A stretch of 64,000 nucleotides of DNA from Candidatus Aminicenantes bacterium (GTDB lineage: Bacteria; Acidobacteriota; Aminicenantia; Aminicenantales; UBA4085): assembly GCA_963715635.1 (NCBI GenBank), contig OY970261.1, forward strand, positions 2,161,011-2,225,010, given 5' to 3'. Under the pieces are notes generated by a model. The model worked only from the letters and a program-made list of their open reading frames with translations. It did not search any database and had not been told where the DNA came from. Both the position numbers and the translations under genes were made by a program. Below, one piece after another: positions 10,551 through 19,727 of this stretch; position 1 is the first letter of the stretch, and each line of letters begins with the position of its first letter.

Positions 10551-11387
10551 ATGAGCAAAGCCAAAGAAGGCCAGCCGCTGCACTGGGCCGCTCGCAAAGG
10601 CCATAAAGACATAGCCGAGATGCAGCTCGGCCAAGGTGTGGACGTAAACGTCCGGGACGAAGAGGGGCAGACACCGTTGCACTGGGCCGCAACAAGTAAA
10701 GGCCGTAAGGAGATGGTCGAGCTGCTGATCGCCAAAGGAGCGGACGTAAACGCCAAGGATGACGCGGGCCGGACGCCACTACACGCCGCTGCAAGTAAAG
10801 GCCATAAGGACATAGCCGAGTTGCTAATCGCCAATGGCGCGGACGTAAACGCCCGCCGGCGGTTGGACGAAGGAAGCCGCGCGGGCCAGACGCCCCTTCA
10901 CGAGGCCGCTTATGAGGGCAAACTGGACTTGGTCGAGCTACTAATCGCCAAGGGTGCGGATGTAAACGCCAAAGTTAAAGATAGTGACTGGACGCCGCTG
11001 CACGCCGCCGCTTCGGATGGCTTTAAGGACGTGGCGGAGCTGCTGATCGCCAAGGGTGCGGACGTGAATGCTGGGGATGAAACGCCGCTACACTGGGCCG
11101 CAAGCTATGGTCATAAAAACGTGGCCGAGCTGTTGATCGCCAAGGGTGCGGACCTAAACGCCAAGGCCTCCGATGGCTGGACGCCGCTGCACGCCGTCGT
11201 CCACCCCCGCGTGGAATCGCCGTCCAACGCCGCTTGGAGTGGCCACAAGGACGTGGCTGAGCTGTTAATCACCAAGGGCGCGGATGTGAACGCCAAGGAT
11301 GGCTGGGGCAATACGCCGCTACACTGGGCCAAGGAGAAAGGCTACAAGGACGTGGCCGAGCTGCTCAAGAAGCATGGGGCGAAGTGA
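10551..11387 (+). CDS. Ankyrin-repeat protein (about 8 ANK repeats)
   Basis: Repeated 'G.TPLH.AA..GH.D.AELLIAKGADVNAK' units. Strong ~99-bp DNA periodicity. Confidence 0.85.
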   Translation: MSKAKEGQPLHWAARKGHKDIAEMQLGQGVDVNVRDEEGQTPLHWAATSKGRKEMVELLIAKGADVNAKDDAGRTPLHAAASKGHKDIAELLIANGADVNARRRLDEGSRAGQTPLHEAAYEGKLDLVELLIAKGADVNAKVKDSDWTPLHAAASDGFKDVAELLIAKGADVNAGDETPLHWAASYGHKNVAELLIAKGADLNAKASDGWTPLHAVVHPRVESPSNAAWSGHKDVAELLITKGADVNAKDGWGNTPLHWAKEKGYKDVAELLKKHGAK

Positions 11388-11662
11388 TGAGGCGGAGAAT
11401 GGGTCCGTTTGGCAAAAACGCCCAAAACGTTCCCGTTTATACTATTTCCCCGGTCTCTACCTGTCCTGTTTCTCAGGTTTTGCCTTCTCTGCTCAAAAAC
11501 ATCGCAATAGGACGCGCTAGGGCAGAGTTTCTCAAAACGGTCAATGGTCCAGGCTTGCTATTTTCGGCCTCTCAACCGTCCGCCCGCCGTATCACGGGAA
11601 AGGCACGGGAGGGATGGCTGTCTAGTTTGTTCTAAAATGGTCTGACCAGGTAAGGACTTCAA

Positions 11663-12232
11663 TCAAGGACTGTCCAAAATCTTATTGTCATTTATTGGAG
11701 TTAATGACCATGGCTTAGCTCTCACGATTCTTTCTTTTCCAACTACAAACAAAGTAAGAGTAAATATCGCAATATAAGCTAGCGACGAATTGGCGTATTT
11801 AATTCTCGGGCTCAGGGTTTTTCTATCAACAACTTTTAGCATGCTTATTCGTTTTAAATTGTTGCAGTCTTTCGCAATATCCAGTTCATCAAAACTGTTA
11901 ATCATAATATTATGGGCAAAATGATTTCTTTCTCTATTAATGAGCTTTAAATCCTCCATATCCTCTTTAGCTATTAATCCAAGCAGATAACATAGTTTCA
12001 TGCTTCTTTCAAAGTTCAAATTATATTCAATATTTTTAACAAAGAATTCCTCGTCCGCCAATTTTTTCCTTAAGAGCGAATTTAACAAGTTTTCAAGATA
12101 AGCATGAAGCATAATCGCAGCCCCCTTGTCAGTTTCTTTATTAAGAGCTGCATAGTATTTCTGTATTTCATCATTCTTCAAATGTCCTTTATCATCTAAA
12201 AAGACTTCAACGTTTTTTTCCGCTTTTTTCAC
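11663..12232 (-). CDS. HEPN-domain protein (DUF4145/Abi-like), 189 aa
   Basis: All-alpha prediction with the RNxxxH signature (NRERNHFAHN) typical of HEPN RNases. AT-rich gene in an island. Confidence 0.5.
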   Translation of the reverse strand: MKKAEKNVEVFLDDKGHLKNDEIQKYYAALNKETDKGAAIMLHAYLENLLNSLLRKKLADEEFFVKNIEYNLNFERSMKLCYLLGLIAKEDMEDLKLINRERNHFAHNIMINSFDELDIAKDCNNLKRISMLKVVDRKTLSPRIKYANSSLAYIAIFTLTLFVVGKERIVRAKPWSLTPINDNKILDSP

Positions 12233-12355
12233 AGATTTTCCTCCTCTTCCATCGTCTTTCTCTATGAGGCGATTATCCGCGCAAGTGTCATATAATTAAA
12301 CGGGAAGCCATGCCTTAAAGCCTCTGGTTTCTTCCAGGCCTCATTCTTTATCTAT

Positions 12356-12715
12356 TCAATGTTCATGAACAATTTTCCATTCTCCGTTATCTTGCTGTTC
12401 TTTAACAGTATGGTGGTATGTTTTTTTCTCGTGATCAACCGTCAAAATTACTCGTGTTGGCTTTTTCGTTTTCCCGCTTATTTTATTTTCTCCTTTAGAC
12501 AAAAGTCTTTTTTGAGCATCATGATGTTTTGTTTCAAGGAAATCGAGAAATTTTAAATATTCCACGAATTCCTCTTTTATATGCTTGTGCCCGCAAGAAA
12601 GAAAATACGTCACTGCCTGACCGTCAAGAGCTGATTCATAAACGGTTTTCAATATTTCTTTTTCCCCTTTGCACGTGGGACACTCCATTTTGAGAATTTC
12701 CATTCTACCGCCCAT
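12356..12715 (-). CDS. Small zinc-ribbon protein (CPTC...CGH), 119 aa
   Basis: ORF with Cys-x2-Cys and Cys-Gly-His motifs. Same strand and operon position as its neighbours. Confidence 0.4.
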   Translation of the reverse strand: MGGRMEILKMECPTCKGEKEILKTVYESALDGQAVTYFLSCGHKHIKEEFVEYLKFLDFLETKHHDAQKRLLSKGENKISGKTKKPTRVILTVDHEKKTYHHTVKEQQDNGEWKIVHEH

Positions 12716-12844
12716 TTATATTCTGACCTTCCTTAACAGCAGGTCTTCAACGTCGGTCAATCTTATCTCAAGCCCTTGACTCTTTGCTCTCGCGGCCTCT
12801 TCATAAGCGCTTTTGGTAACGCCTCTATTATTCAAGCGTATATC

Positions 12845-13192
12845 TCAATCAAACTTAATGCCCGTGACAATGAAAAGCATCGCGACAAGAAAAATAAACG
12901 CGAGCCCCGCTATAGACGCAAAAACTCCGGCCATGAAGGAATTCATCCAGATTTCTGAACCGAATTTTTTCTTTTCGATGAAGATTTTCCTAAAAAGAAA
13001 ATACACAACAAGGATCGGAGGCAGACAGACGAATGTCAGGAGAACATCCGTGCTGCCAGGCAAAATCTTTATTTTTTGCAGACCGCTGCCTATAGAACCT
13101 AATAGAACGAACCAGCCCCAGCCATATCCCGTTGTTTTTTCAAGAGGGTCCTTCGGTTTAGGTTTTAGATAATCGCCTATTCCCATTATCAA
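12845..13192 (-). CDS. Small integral membrane protein (about 3 TM helices)
   Basis: Hydrophobic helices GWGWFVLLGSIGSGL, LLTFVCLPPILVVYFLF, AGVFASIAGLAFIFLVAMLFIV. An alternative + strand ORF overlaps it. Confidence 0.4.
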   Translation of the reverse strand: MIMGIGDYLKPKPKDPLEKTTGYGWGWFVLLGSIGSGLQKIKILPGSTDVLLTFVCLPPILVVYFLFRKIFIEKKKFGSEIWMNSFMAGVFASIAGLAFIFLVAMLFIVTGIKFD

Positions 13193-13252
13193 CCTCCTCC
13201 TCTTGTGCTATTTAGTCAAATTTTTATGTTTCCAGAGTTTTAAATAACGTTT

Positions 13253-14011
13253 TTAACTCAGATAATTTATTTTTCTTTCTTCATGCACAAGGTAATTGCC
13301 CAGTCTGGGATAACCTCTCTTGAGATCGGATTTATGAAGAGTATTTGATATATGAGCCGCAAAATCGATAACTTCGTCGAAATTCGGTGTGGGAGAGAAA
13401 ACCGTCCATCTATTTTCCTTTTCGACATAATCCCAGCATCCTCTCCCTATTACGCAAATAGCACGTAAAGCTGGCGGTTCATTTTCTTCGATATTTTCTT
13501 TATACCTTTCAATTTCATTTTTGCCGCTCGGGGCTAAATCCGAAGTAAATGCGAAAAGAGCCGGGACTATTTTATTTATGTGATGTTGAATCGGCCTATT
13601 ATTTGTGTCAAAGATTCCCGAGAGGTATATTATGTTACTTAAGATATTTTTTGCTTTATTATGAGCATCTCTGATTTCGGCTGCGGTTATCTTACTTTTA
13701 ACCTCTATCGCATAGAATACTGACTCGGCGGGAAAAAGGTAATCCTCCTCTCCGAACATTATTGAAGGCAACTTTTTCTTGCTATAAATTATTAAATCAA
13801 CCTCACTGGACTGAAACCCGGTGTGATCTATAATTTTCCCTGATATTTTTATTTTGAAATCTTCAGGAAGAATAGGCTCAATTACTCGCTGCGCCGCAAT
13901 TTCTCGAATCTTTCCCATTAAAGGATGTTCAATTCTCGCCGCTTCGGAAAATTCATCCATAGCAGTTCGAACAGAAGTAATTATTCTATTTCTAAATATT
14001 TCGTGTGGCAT
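13253..14011 (-). CDS. Predicted PD-(D/E)xK-family nuclease (252 aa)
   Basis: Motifs GKIIDH...SEVDLIIY...AESVFYAIEVKSK fit the D...(D/E)xK restriction-endonuclease-like core. Heads a 4-gene minus-strand array. Confidence 0.45.
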   Translation of the reverse strand: MPHEIFRNRIITSVRTAMDEFSEAARIEHPLMGKIREIAAQRVIEPILPEDFKIKISGKIIDHTGFQSSEVDLIIYSKKKLPSIMFGEEDYLFPAESVFYAIEVKSKITAAEIRDAHNKAKNILSNIIYLSGIFDTNNRPIQHHINKIVPALFAFTSDLAPSGKNEIERYKENIEENEPPALRAICVIGRGCWDYVEKENRWTVFSPTPNFDEVIDFAAHISNTLHKSDLKRGYPRLGNYLVHEERKINYLS

Positions 14012-14189
14012 TTAATCCCCTCCCTTACGTGATTAACATTTAAATCTTAACTGACGTTAGGACCAAAATCAATCGAACAAAGAAAATCGAAGATAGACTT
14101 CTCCAAAATCTTGTCACCAAATTGTCACAAGAAAAAGTGCCTAAAACCGCCTAATCTTGACTAAGAAGTTAAAAGGGGAAAGAAAGAAT

Positions 14190-14394
14190 TTCTCGGGGAA
14201 AAGGGAAGAGCGCCTGGGGGGACTTGAACCCCCGACAAAGGGATTAGGAATCCATTCTAGCCTGATCCGGGTCCCTCGAGAAAAAACGGTTTTCCCCTTA
14301 TAATCAAGGTTTTCTGATTAACTTTTTTTAGTCTAGATTAAGCGGATTTAAGCAAATTCTGTTACACCATGGTGACACGGGGAGGAGTCTATTT
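14190..14394. repeat. Composite repeat unit R4 (diverged): 3' half of a variant tRNA-Arg (T-arm GGGGGTTCAAGTCCCCC; 14210-14253) plus iteron arm
   Basis: The anticodon-region core ggattaggaatcc is conserved but the T-arm differs from the resident tRNA. The iteron arm is homologous to R1-R3. Confidence 0.6.
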
Positions 14395-14680
14395 TCAGAT
14401 TTGACCCCGCTTTTCATTAGTGCTATTCTATTGCCAGGCAGCTAAAAAGGGAAAAAGGCTATGAAGTTGCTCAACTATCGCGTCAAGGATTTTCTAAATC
14501 AAATTAAGGGAGTCTGAATATGGGATGGAGAGGCGTTGCTAGGGCTATAATCTCTTTAATACTCCAGCAGCCGTCGCCACAGAAAAGGAAATGCTTTAGG
14601 GAATATATTAAGCCCAAGAGATGGGAGCAAAAGAACGTCGTTATAAATGTGATTAATACTTGCATTAAGGAGCATGGCTG

Positions 14681-15265
14681 ATGGATATATGGCAATTAGA
14701 CAAGCTAAGTCTCTTTCTTATATTTTTCTTGCCCGGATTCATTTCGATAAAGATATATGATTTGCTGATTCCTTCCGAAAAAAGAGATTTCTCAAAATCA
14801 TTATTTGAAGTTATAGGATATAGCGCCCTAAATTTTGCGGCGCTTTCTTGGCTGATAATTCTAATTCACTCAGGCTACTTTTATAGAGAACATAAGTTCT
14901 GGTACCTAATAATATTGCTCTTAATTATATTCGTCATTCCTATCTTGTGGCCGATGCTTATTCTAAAAATATTATATTGGTCTCCAATTGCAAACCGAAT
15001 AATCCATCCAATTCTAAAGCCATGGGACTTTGTTTTTGGGAAGAAAAATGTTTGCTGGATAATCGTACACCTTCAAGACGGGAGAAAGATTGGCGGAAAG
15101 TACGACAGAGGATCGTTCGCCTCATCATTTCCTGCCGAAGAACAAATATACTTAGAAGAAGTATGGGAATTGGATGAAAAAGGAGCGTTTAAAAGACCAA
15201 TCGAGAGATCGCGCGGTATTATAGTATTAGGAAAGGATATTTCCTCGATTGAATTTTTTATTTAA
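14681..15265 (+). CDS. Integral membrane protein, hypothetical (194 aa)
   Basis: Several hydrophobic helices (LFLIFFLPGFISI, ALNFAALSWLIILI, YLIILLLIIFVIPILWPMLIL). Confidence 0.45.
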   Translation: MDIWQLDKLSLFLIFFLPGFISIKIYDLLIPSEKRDFSKSLFEVIGYSALNFAALSWLIILIHSGYFYREHKFWYLIILLLIIFVIPILWPMLILKILYWSPIANRIIHPILKPWDFVFGKKNVCWIIVHLQDGRKIGGKYDRGSFASSFPAEEQIYLEEVWELDEKGAFKRPIERSRGIIVLGKDISSIEFFI

Positions 15266-15484
15266 AAAGGAGAATATTATGCCGGACAAAAAGAGCAGGG
15301 TTAACAAAAAACAGGTCGTACAAATACAAGAAGGTTTTCAGCCAGTTAAAAAAGGACACCAGCCAATTAAGGGCGATTTAAATACCGCAAATCCTCCGCA
15401 GGGAGGATCTGGGGTCCCTTTAAAGCCATCAACTAGCAGCGATCGCGATAAGAAGGTTGATAAAAAGTAGGGGATTATAAATAC

Positions 15485-15672
15485 CTGGCTATTTTGATTC
15501 TTCGCAAAGAGGGGAAAATCCGAAGCCCGGACTGTCACGCCGGAGGTCGCGAGTTCGAGCCTCGTCGGCCCCGCCAGTTTTCCCCATATTTTCCCGGTTT
15601 TCCTTTTAGCGCCTTTAAGCCGATTTAAGCGAATTTTAGCAATTTTTGGAACACGGGCGGAACACGGGGAGG
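15485..15672. repeat. Repeat unit R5: 3' fragment of a different tRNA/tmRNA-like gene on + strand (T-arm GCGAG-TTCGAGC-CTCGT, acceptor CGGCCCC-G-CCA ending 15576) followed by a homologous iteron arm (TTAAGC x3, GGAACACGG x2)
   Basis: T-loop and encoded CCA are visible but no complementary 5' acceptor strand upstream. The downstream arm aligns with the R1-R4 arms. Confidence 0.5.
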
Positions 15673-15808
15673 AGTTTGGCACCAGAAGTATTTTAACCCG
15701 ATGGATCAGATGTCCTTTAGGCCACGCGAGCTGTCAATATAGAAATACCCGGTTTGCTTATTGAGGGTTGGGCCTTCATTCACATCAGCGGGGCATGAGA
15801 AATTTTTA

Positions 15809-16093
15809 TTAAAGCTTTATAATGCCCCGATCAATAAGAATCTTTATTAGCTTCTCATGATTAATAGGGCAATCTATAAGTTTCTCGAATTCTCCAATAG
15901 TGAGTGAAAGCTGTTTAGCCATATTTGATAATAGGGGATCTCCATATTCATTAAGATTGTGGCTGATTTTTGTGAAAACACTTGTTTTTTTATTTTTGTA
16001 ATAAAGAAAATAAAAAGTATGATCTCTTTGTTCTTCTTTAAATCCTTTCTTTTTCAATTGATAATCAATATCTCTTGTTTTGCGCGGATTCAT
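15809..16093 (-). CDS. Small hypothetical protein (94 aa), possibly HicA-like fold; last gene of an AT-rich 3-gene operon
   Basis: ORF overlaps the upstream gene by 4 nt. 'LKKKGF...KISH' faintly resembles HicA 'GW...GSH'. Confidence 0.4.
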   Translation of the reverse strand: MNPRKTRDIDYQLKKKGFKEEQRDHTFYFLYYKNKKTSVFTKISHNLNEYGDPLLSNMAKQLSLTIGEFEKLIDCPINHEKLIKILIDRGIIKL

Positions 16094-17040
16094 ATTTTTT
16101 CGACTCTTACTACCAAAGATAATAATAATTTTTTTAATGCTATTGCATCTGAAGTTAAATTTGCATCCTCTTCTTTTGCATAATTATCCCAGATTAAAGC
16201 AAATTCCTCTTCAAAATCTTTTATCGCTTCCTCTCTACTAAAGCTATATGCCCTTATCTTTAAGGGTTCATATTCTATTATTATTAGCGAATCCTCCTTT
16301 CGTACATCACAGGCGATTTCATGCAATAAAATAAACTTCCTGTTTAGCCAGTGAATTTCTGTAGTTCTAAAAGGTCTCAGATCTAATTCCTCGAATAATT
16401 CATAATTCAATACGTTAATTATCTTATCTAGCTTTCCGTCTTCTTTAAGTCTCGCTAGACATCTAGCTGTAATTACTGCTTCAGTTGGTTTCACCTTTTT
16501 TATTCCCTCATAGGGACCTATCAATTTAGTAATTTGATCTTCACTAGGCCGTTCTATTCGCGAGATCATAGGAAAAGCACCAAATCTAAAGGAAACTTCG
16601 TAGTCGGCCTGTTTTTTGGGAAGCACAGGAACCAGCTCATTTAATATTCTCTTTCTATATTCTCCCGATGGAATTGTTTTCTGAATAATTGCACTATTTT
16701 GTTCTTTAATAGCAAAAAAAACATTATTCAAATCCTCTGTTATTTTTTCTCCGAAATCGGGATAATCCGGAAAAAGAAGAGCCTCTTTTTCCGACAGCTC
16801 TAGGGCGGCTGTAAGGCTACCTGGTTCTGCTTTTACAAAAAAGAGTTCAAGCTCTCTTTTCATAATTGATGAGTAAGGTCCTGCACCAGAAGGTTCTCTT
16901 TCTATACGAGAATTTCCTAATATATATGTAGCTTGCTGAATATTTCTCAACGTATTCGATAGAATTGAGATCGGAACTCCGCTTTTTTTTAAACGCTTCG
17001 AAACTATATTAATTAATATTGTTCTCTTAATTTCACCCAT
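16090..17040 (-). CDS. Hypothetical protein (316 aa), AT-rich
   Basis: Long ORF, translationally coupled to the downstream gene. No recognised motif. Confidence 0.5.
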   Translation of the reverse strand: MGEIKRTILINIVSKRLKKSGVPISILSNTLRNIQQATYILGNSRIEREPSGAGPYSSIMKRELELFFVKAEPGSLTAALELSEKEALLFPDYPDFGEKITEDLNNVFFAIKEQNSAIIQKTIPSGEYRKRILNELVPVLPKKQADYEVSFRFGAFPMISRIERPSEDQITKLIGPYEGIKKVKPTEAVITARCLARLKEDGKLDKIINVLNYELFEELDLRPFRTTEIHWLNRKFILLHEIACDVRKEDSLIIIEYEPLKIRAYSFSREEAIKDFEEEFALIWDNYAKEEDANLTSDAIALKKLLLSLVVRVEKI

Positions 17041-17147
17041 TTTTTCTTTCTAAAATAAAATAAATATTCGCTTTAGGTATATCATAATCTATATGCCTTT
17101 GTGCGACTTATAAATCATAGCTCTTTTTCTTTATCCAAATCAAATGT

Positions 17148-18449
17148 CTATAATTGCTTTAAAAAATCCTCCGTTCTGTTTTCGTCTGTCAAAAATTCTA
17201 AATATTCTCTAACACTTTCCTGCAATCCAGGTCTGCCCAAAATTATGTTTGCTAATATTCTAAGACGAGAAAGTTGGCCTCGATATAATATTCTCATTTT
17301 TAGGGTTTTATTGTTTTTAGTTGTGTTAATGTATTCGATATCTGCGTTGTGGTCAAATTTCTCAAACAGTTTTTTTATAATTGGGGCGGCAGTATCCGAA
17401 TAAAAATCTTTCCTGGCGTAATGCAGGCTAGATCCTCTATGGCCAACAAATGTTAGCGTTAGTGCCGATACATATCTGCCGACTAGTTCATCAGGAATAT
17501 TTGTCCCGAGATGTTCAAGGTATTGAACGATATTTCCTTCTTTATCCCAATTATCAAGATTTTCCTCTAGCCTCAGGATGGCAGGCTCGAAAACCGCTTT
17601 TCTACTAGCATTCGAAACAAATCCAAATCCATTAATTGAAATTAAAAATTCCATAGCCTTATCTATTTTTTTCTTATTGCCAGAGACAATATCTTGATCA
17701 AAGCGCCTTCCGATTTGGATTCGGTCTTCTTTAGATAAAACGCTCCATAAAATAGGCGCACAAAATTCTATATTTGCTCGTAATACTGTCGAACTGCCCT
17801 CGTTTGTATATACTGTATATAGTTTGTGGATCAATTCATTCTTATATATGAGGGGAAGATCACTGAAGGCTTGTTCCACTGCTATGGAATTTTTATCATA
17901 GTTTTTGCTTTCCATTATAGCTAGGTATTCATCTATATTGATAATTTTTGGAGGGCATTCCTGTGAAAGAACGTATTTATTACAATCATTAATCATATCA
18001 AGCACTTTAATCGGTGATGGCTCAGAACTCTTAGGATGACCATCAAATATATGACGAGTTTCTCTAGCTTGATGAAGAATTTTATGAGCTTCCCAATCGA
18101 TTACTCCTATTTTGTATGCTCCTTCAATTAGTTCATAATCCGTTACGGTATCTTGAAAATCTTCATATCTTTTTATATTTTTTCTCATCTCTTTGTTGAA
18201 AAGATCAAGACTTCTATAAATTATTTTATTTCGGAGATCATCTATAACTGCATTCCAATAATTCCCAATTGCACTTCTATAGCCTTTAACAGTCAATACT
18301 TTTCTTGCTTCAAGAATGTAGGGATTTTCTTTGAGTTCATCTCGAACATTTATAAATGCTTTCCCTATAAAAGCTATTTCTTCATCAGACGATTTATCCA
18401 CTTTTATTATTTTGATTGCGCTGTTTTTCATAAGTTTTTCCTTCCCCAA
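17148..18449 (-). CDS. Hypothetical protein (433 aa) with possible N-terminal HEPN-like motif (RETRHIFDGH)
   Basis: Long AT-rich ORF. The R-x5-H motif sits in an alpha-helical N-terminal region. No other recognisable domain. Confidence 0.5.
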   Translation of the reverse strand: MGKEKLMKNSAIKIIKVDKSSDEEIAFIGKAFINVRDELKENPYILEARKVLTVKGYRSAIGNYWNAVIDDLRNKIIYRSLDLFNKEMRKNIKRYEDFQDTVTDYELIEGAYKIGVIDWEAHKILHQARETRHIFDGHPKSSEPSPIKVLDMINDCNKYVLSQECPPKIINIDEYLAIMESKNYDKNSIAVEQAFSDLPLIYKNELIHKLYTVYTNEGSSTVLRANIEFCAPILWSVLSKEDRIQIGRRFDQDIVSGNKKKIDKAMEFLISINGFGFVSNASRKAVFEPAILRLEENLDNWDKEGNIVQYLEHLGTNIPDELVGRYVSALTLTFVGHRGSSLHYARKDFYSDTAAPIIKKLFEKFDHNADIEYINTTKNNKTLKMRILYRGQLSRLRILANIILGRPGLQESVREYLEFLTDENRTEDFLKQL

Positions 18450-18509
18450 TAAATTTTGTCCCTCGGCTTTGCCTCTTTGATCTCAAGCTGCTCAGGCTTT
18501 TTTCCCTTC

Positions 18510-19190
18510 TTAGTGGATATAAATTCGACCCGTTTTCTGGACCCTTGTCCCTATATACTGCCGGTCCAGCCAGTCGATGGTATATTGGACATGATCTATC
18601 TGAGACCAGCTGTAGAGGTTAAAGAAGATGGCTTCAAAGACCGCACTTTGTCCGGGTTTGATATCGCCCAAGTCGGCAGGGAATCCGTGGGCCGTGTCGA
18701 GGATGGTATTGCCCGCATTGAGGGCCTGGAAAGAGATCATCACGTTCCAACCCGTCAAGTTTCCGTCATTGCGGACAATCCCGTCAATTTTTGGGCAGTG
18801 ATAGCTAGTCATCCCGTTGGAGGAAGAAGCCAAGACTATCACGGCTCGGCCTTCGACCGTGAACGTGCATTGCCTGGAAGCCGTCCCGTCCGCATTGGTC
18901 GCGGTAAGGGTCCAGGTCGTGGTCTGCGTCGGTTTAGCCTGCTGCGAGCTGGTAGCTGCGACGGAGCCGATGCCTTGGTCGATCGTCACCGAGGTCACGC
19001 CCGAAACATTCCACGAGAGAGTCGCCGTCACGTTCTCTTTATATTTGCACTGAGATGGAGATATCGAGAAATCATTTATGACCGGCGGGTGTTTTTCCGC
19101 CGGAGTGGTAGGAGTGCCTTTGCAAGCGAAACTCACCAGCACTGCCGCTAAATAAAAAACCCCAAAAACTTTTCTCAAACTTTTTTTCAT
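18510..19190 (-). CDS. Secreted/lipoprotein-like protein (226 aa), Thr/Ser-rich with beta-rich domain
   Basis: N-terminus MKKSLRKVFGVFYLAAVLVSFAC is a signal peptide with Cys. Confidence 0.5.
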   Translation of the reverse strand: MKKSLRKVFGVFYLAAVLVSFACKGTPTTPAEKHPPVINDFSISPSQCKYKENVTATLSWNVSGVTSVTIDQGIGSVAATSSQQAKPTQTTTWTLTATNADGTASRQCTFTVEGRAVIVLASSSNGMTSYHCPKIDGIVRNDGNLTGWNVMISFQALNAGNTILDTAHGFPADLGDIKPGQSAVFEAIFFNLYSWSQIDHVQYTIDWLDRQYIGTRVQKTGRIYIH

Positions 19191-19221
19191 ATTCCCCCCC
19201 TCATGAGATTGATTTTATTTT

Positions 19222-19413
19222 CTATCCTTGTTTATCGATATTTTTTTCACTCACCCCTATGGCTTCGACATTGCAGAAGGGAGGCTTTACTCCCGGGCAG
19301 CCCCAATAGCTGCGTTTATAATAGGTACATTGATAGAGCTCATCAACTTCTTTATTGTGCTCTGAAAATGGGCATTCATTACAGCTATGAGGCAAGAAGG
19401 TTTTTATTGGCAT
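19222..19413 (-). CDS. Small Cys-rich protein (63 aa), paralog of the adjacent gene
   Basis: C-x2-C...C..YY...C...C pattern is shared with the 19385-19609 protein. Confidence 0.4.
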   Translation of the reverse strand: MPIKTFLPHSCNECPFSEHNKEVDELYQCTYYKRSYWGCPGVKPPFCNVEAIGVSEKNIDKQG

Positions 19414-19609
19414 TATTTTCTTTGGCCGTAGATTTAGCGTTCTCTCCGGCCTCCTTGACGGTAATGCTTGTCACCCTGCAATAAGGCGGCTTTTCTTCAG
19501 GAACGGACACGTTGGCACGGCCGTAAAATTTGCAATGGTAAATTATGCCAACGGGTTCTGAAAATAAGCATTCGCGGCAATTTTTGGAGGTAAAAACCTT
19601 CTTTTGCAT
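19385..19609 (-). CDS. Small Cys-rich protein (74 aa), tandem paralog
   Basis: CRECLFSEP...YHCKFYGR...PPYCRV parallels CNECPFSEH...YQCTYYKR...PPFCNV. Confidence 0.4.
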   Translation of the reverse strand: MQKKVFTSKNCRECLFSEPVGIIYHCKFYGRANVSVPEEKPPYCRVTSITVKEAGENAKSTAKENNANKNLLAS

Positions 19610-19727
19610 AAAAACACCTCTGTTAATAAGAACAGTAGAAAGGCGAGAAATTTATCACTTTTTTTTAATTTTCTTGAAATAGATATATCGTATCTTAAGC
19701 TTTATCTATCAGCTTTATAGCGGTCCC

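Noticed and set aside
10349-10834. Three overlapping minus-strand ORFs (71-161 aa)
   Set aside because: They are antisense to the ankyrin-repeat gene and rich in Ala/Ser/Pro/Arg, as expected from GC-rich repeats. No RBS or motifs
15440-15576. Possible complete tRNA/tmRNA ending in CCA at 15576
   Set aside because: Only the T-arm, 3' acceptor strand and CCA are recognisable. No complementary 5' acceptor strand (GGGGCCG) or D/anticodon arms upstream, so I treat it as a 3' fragment (att remnant)
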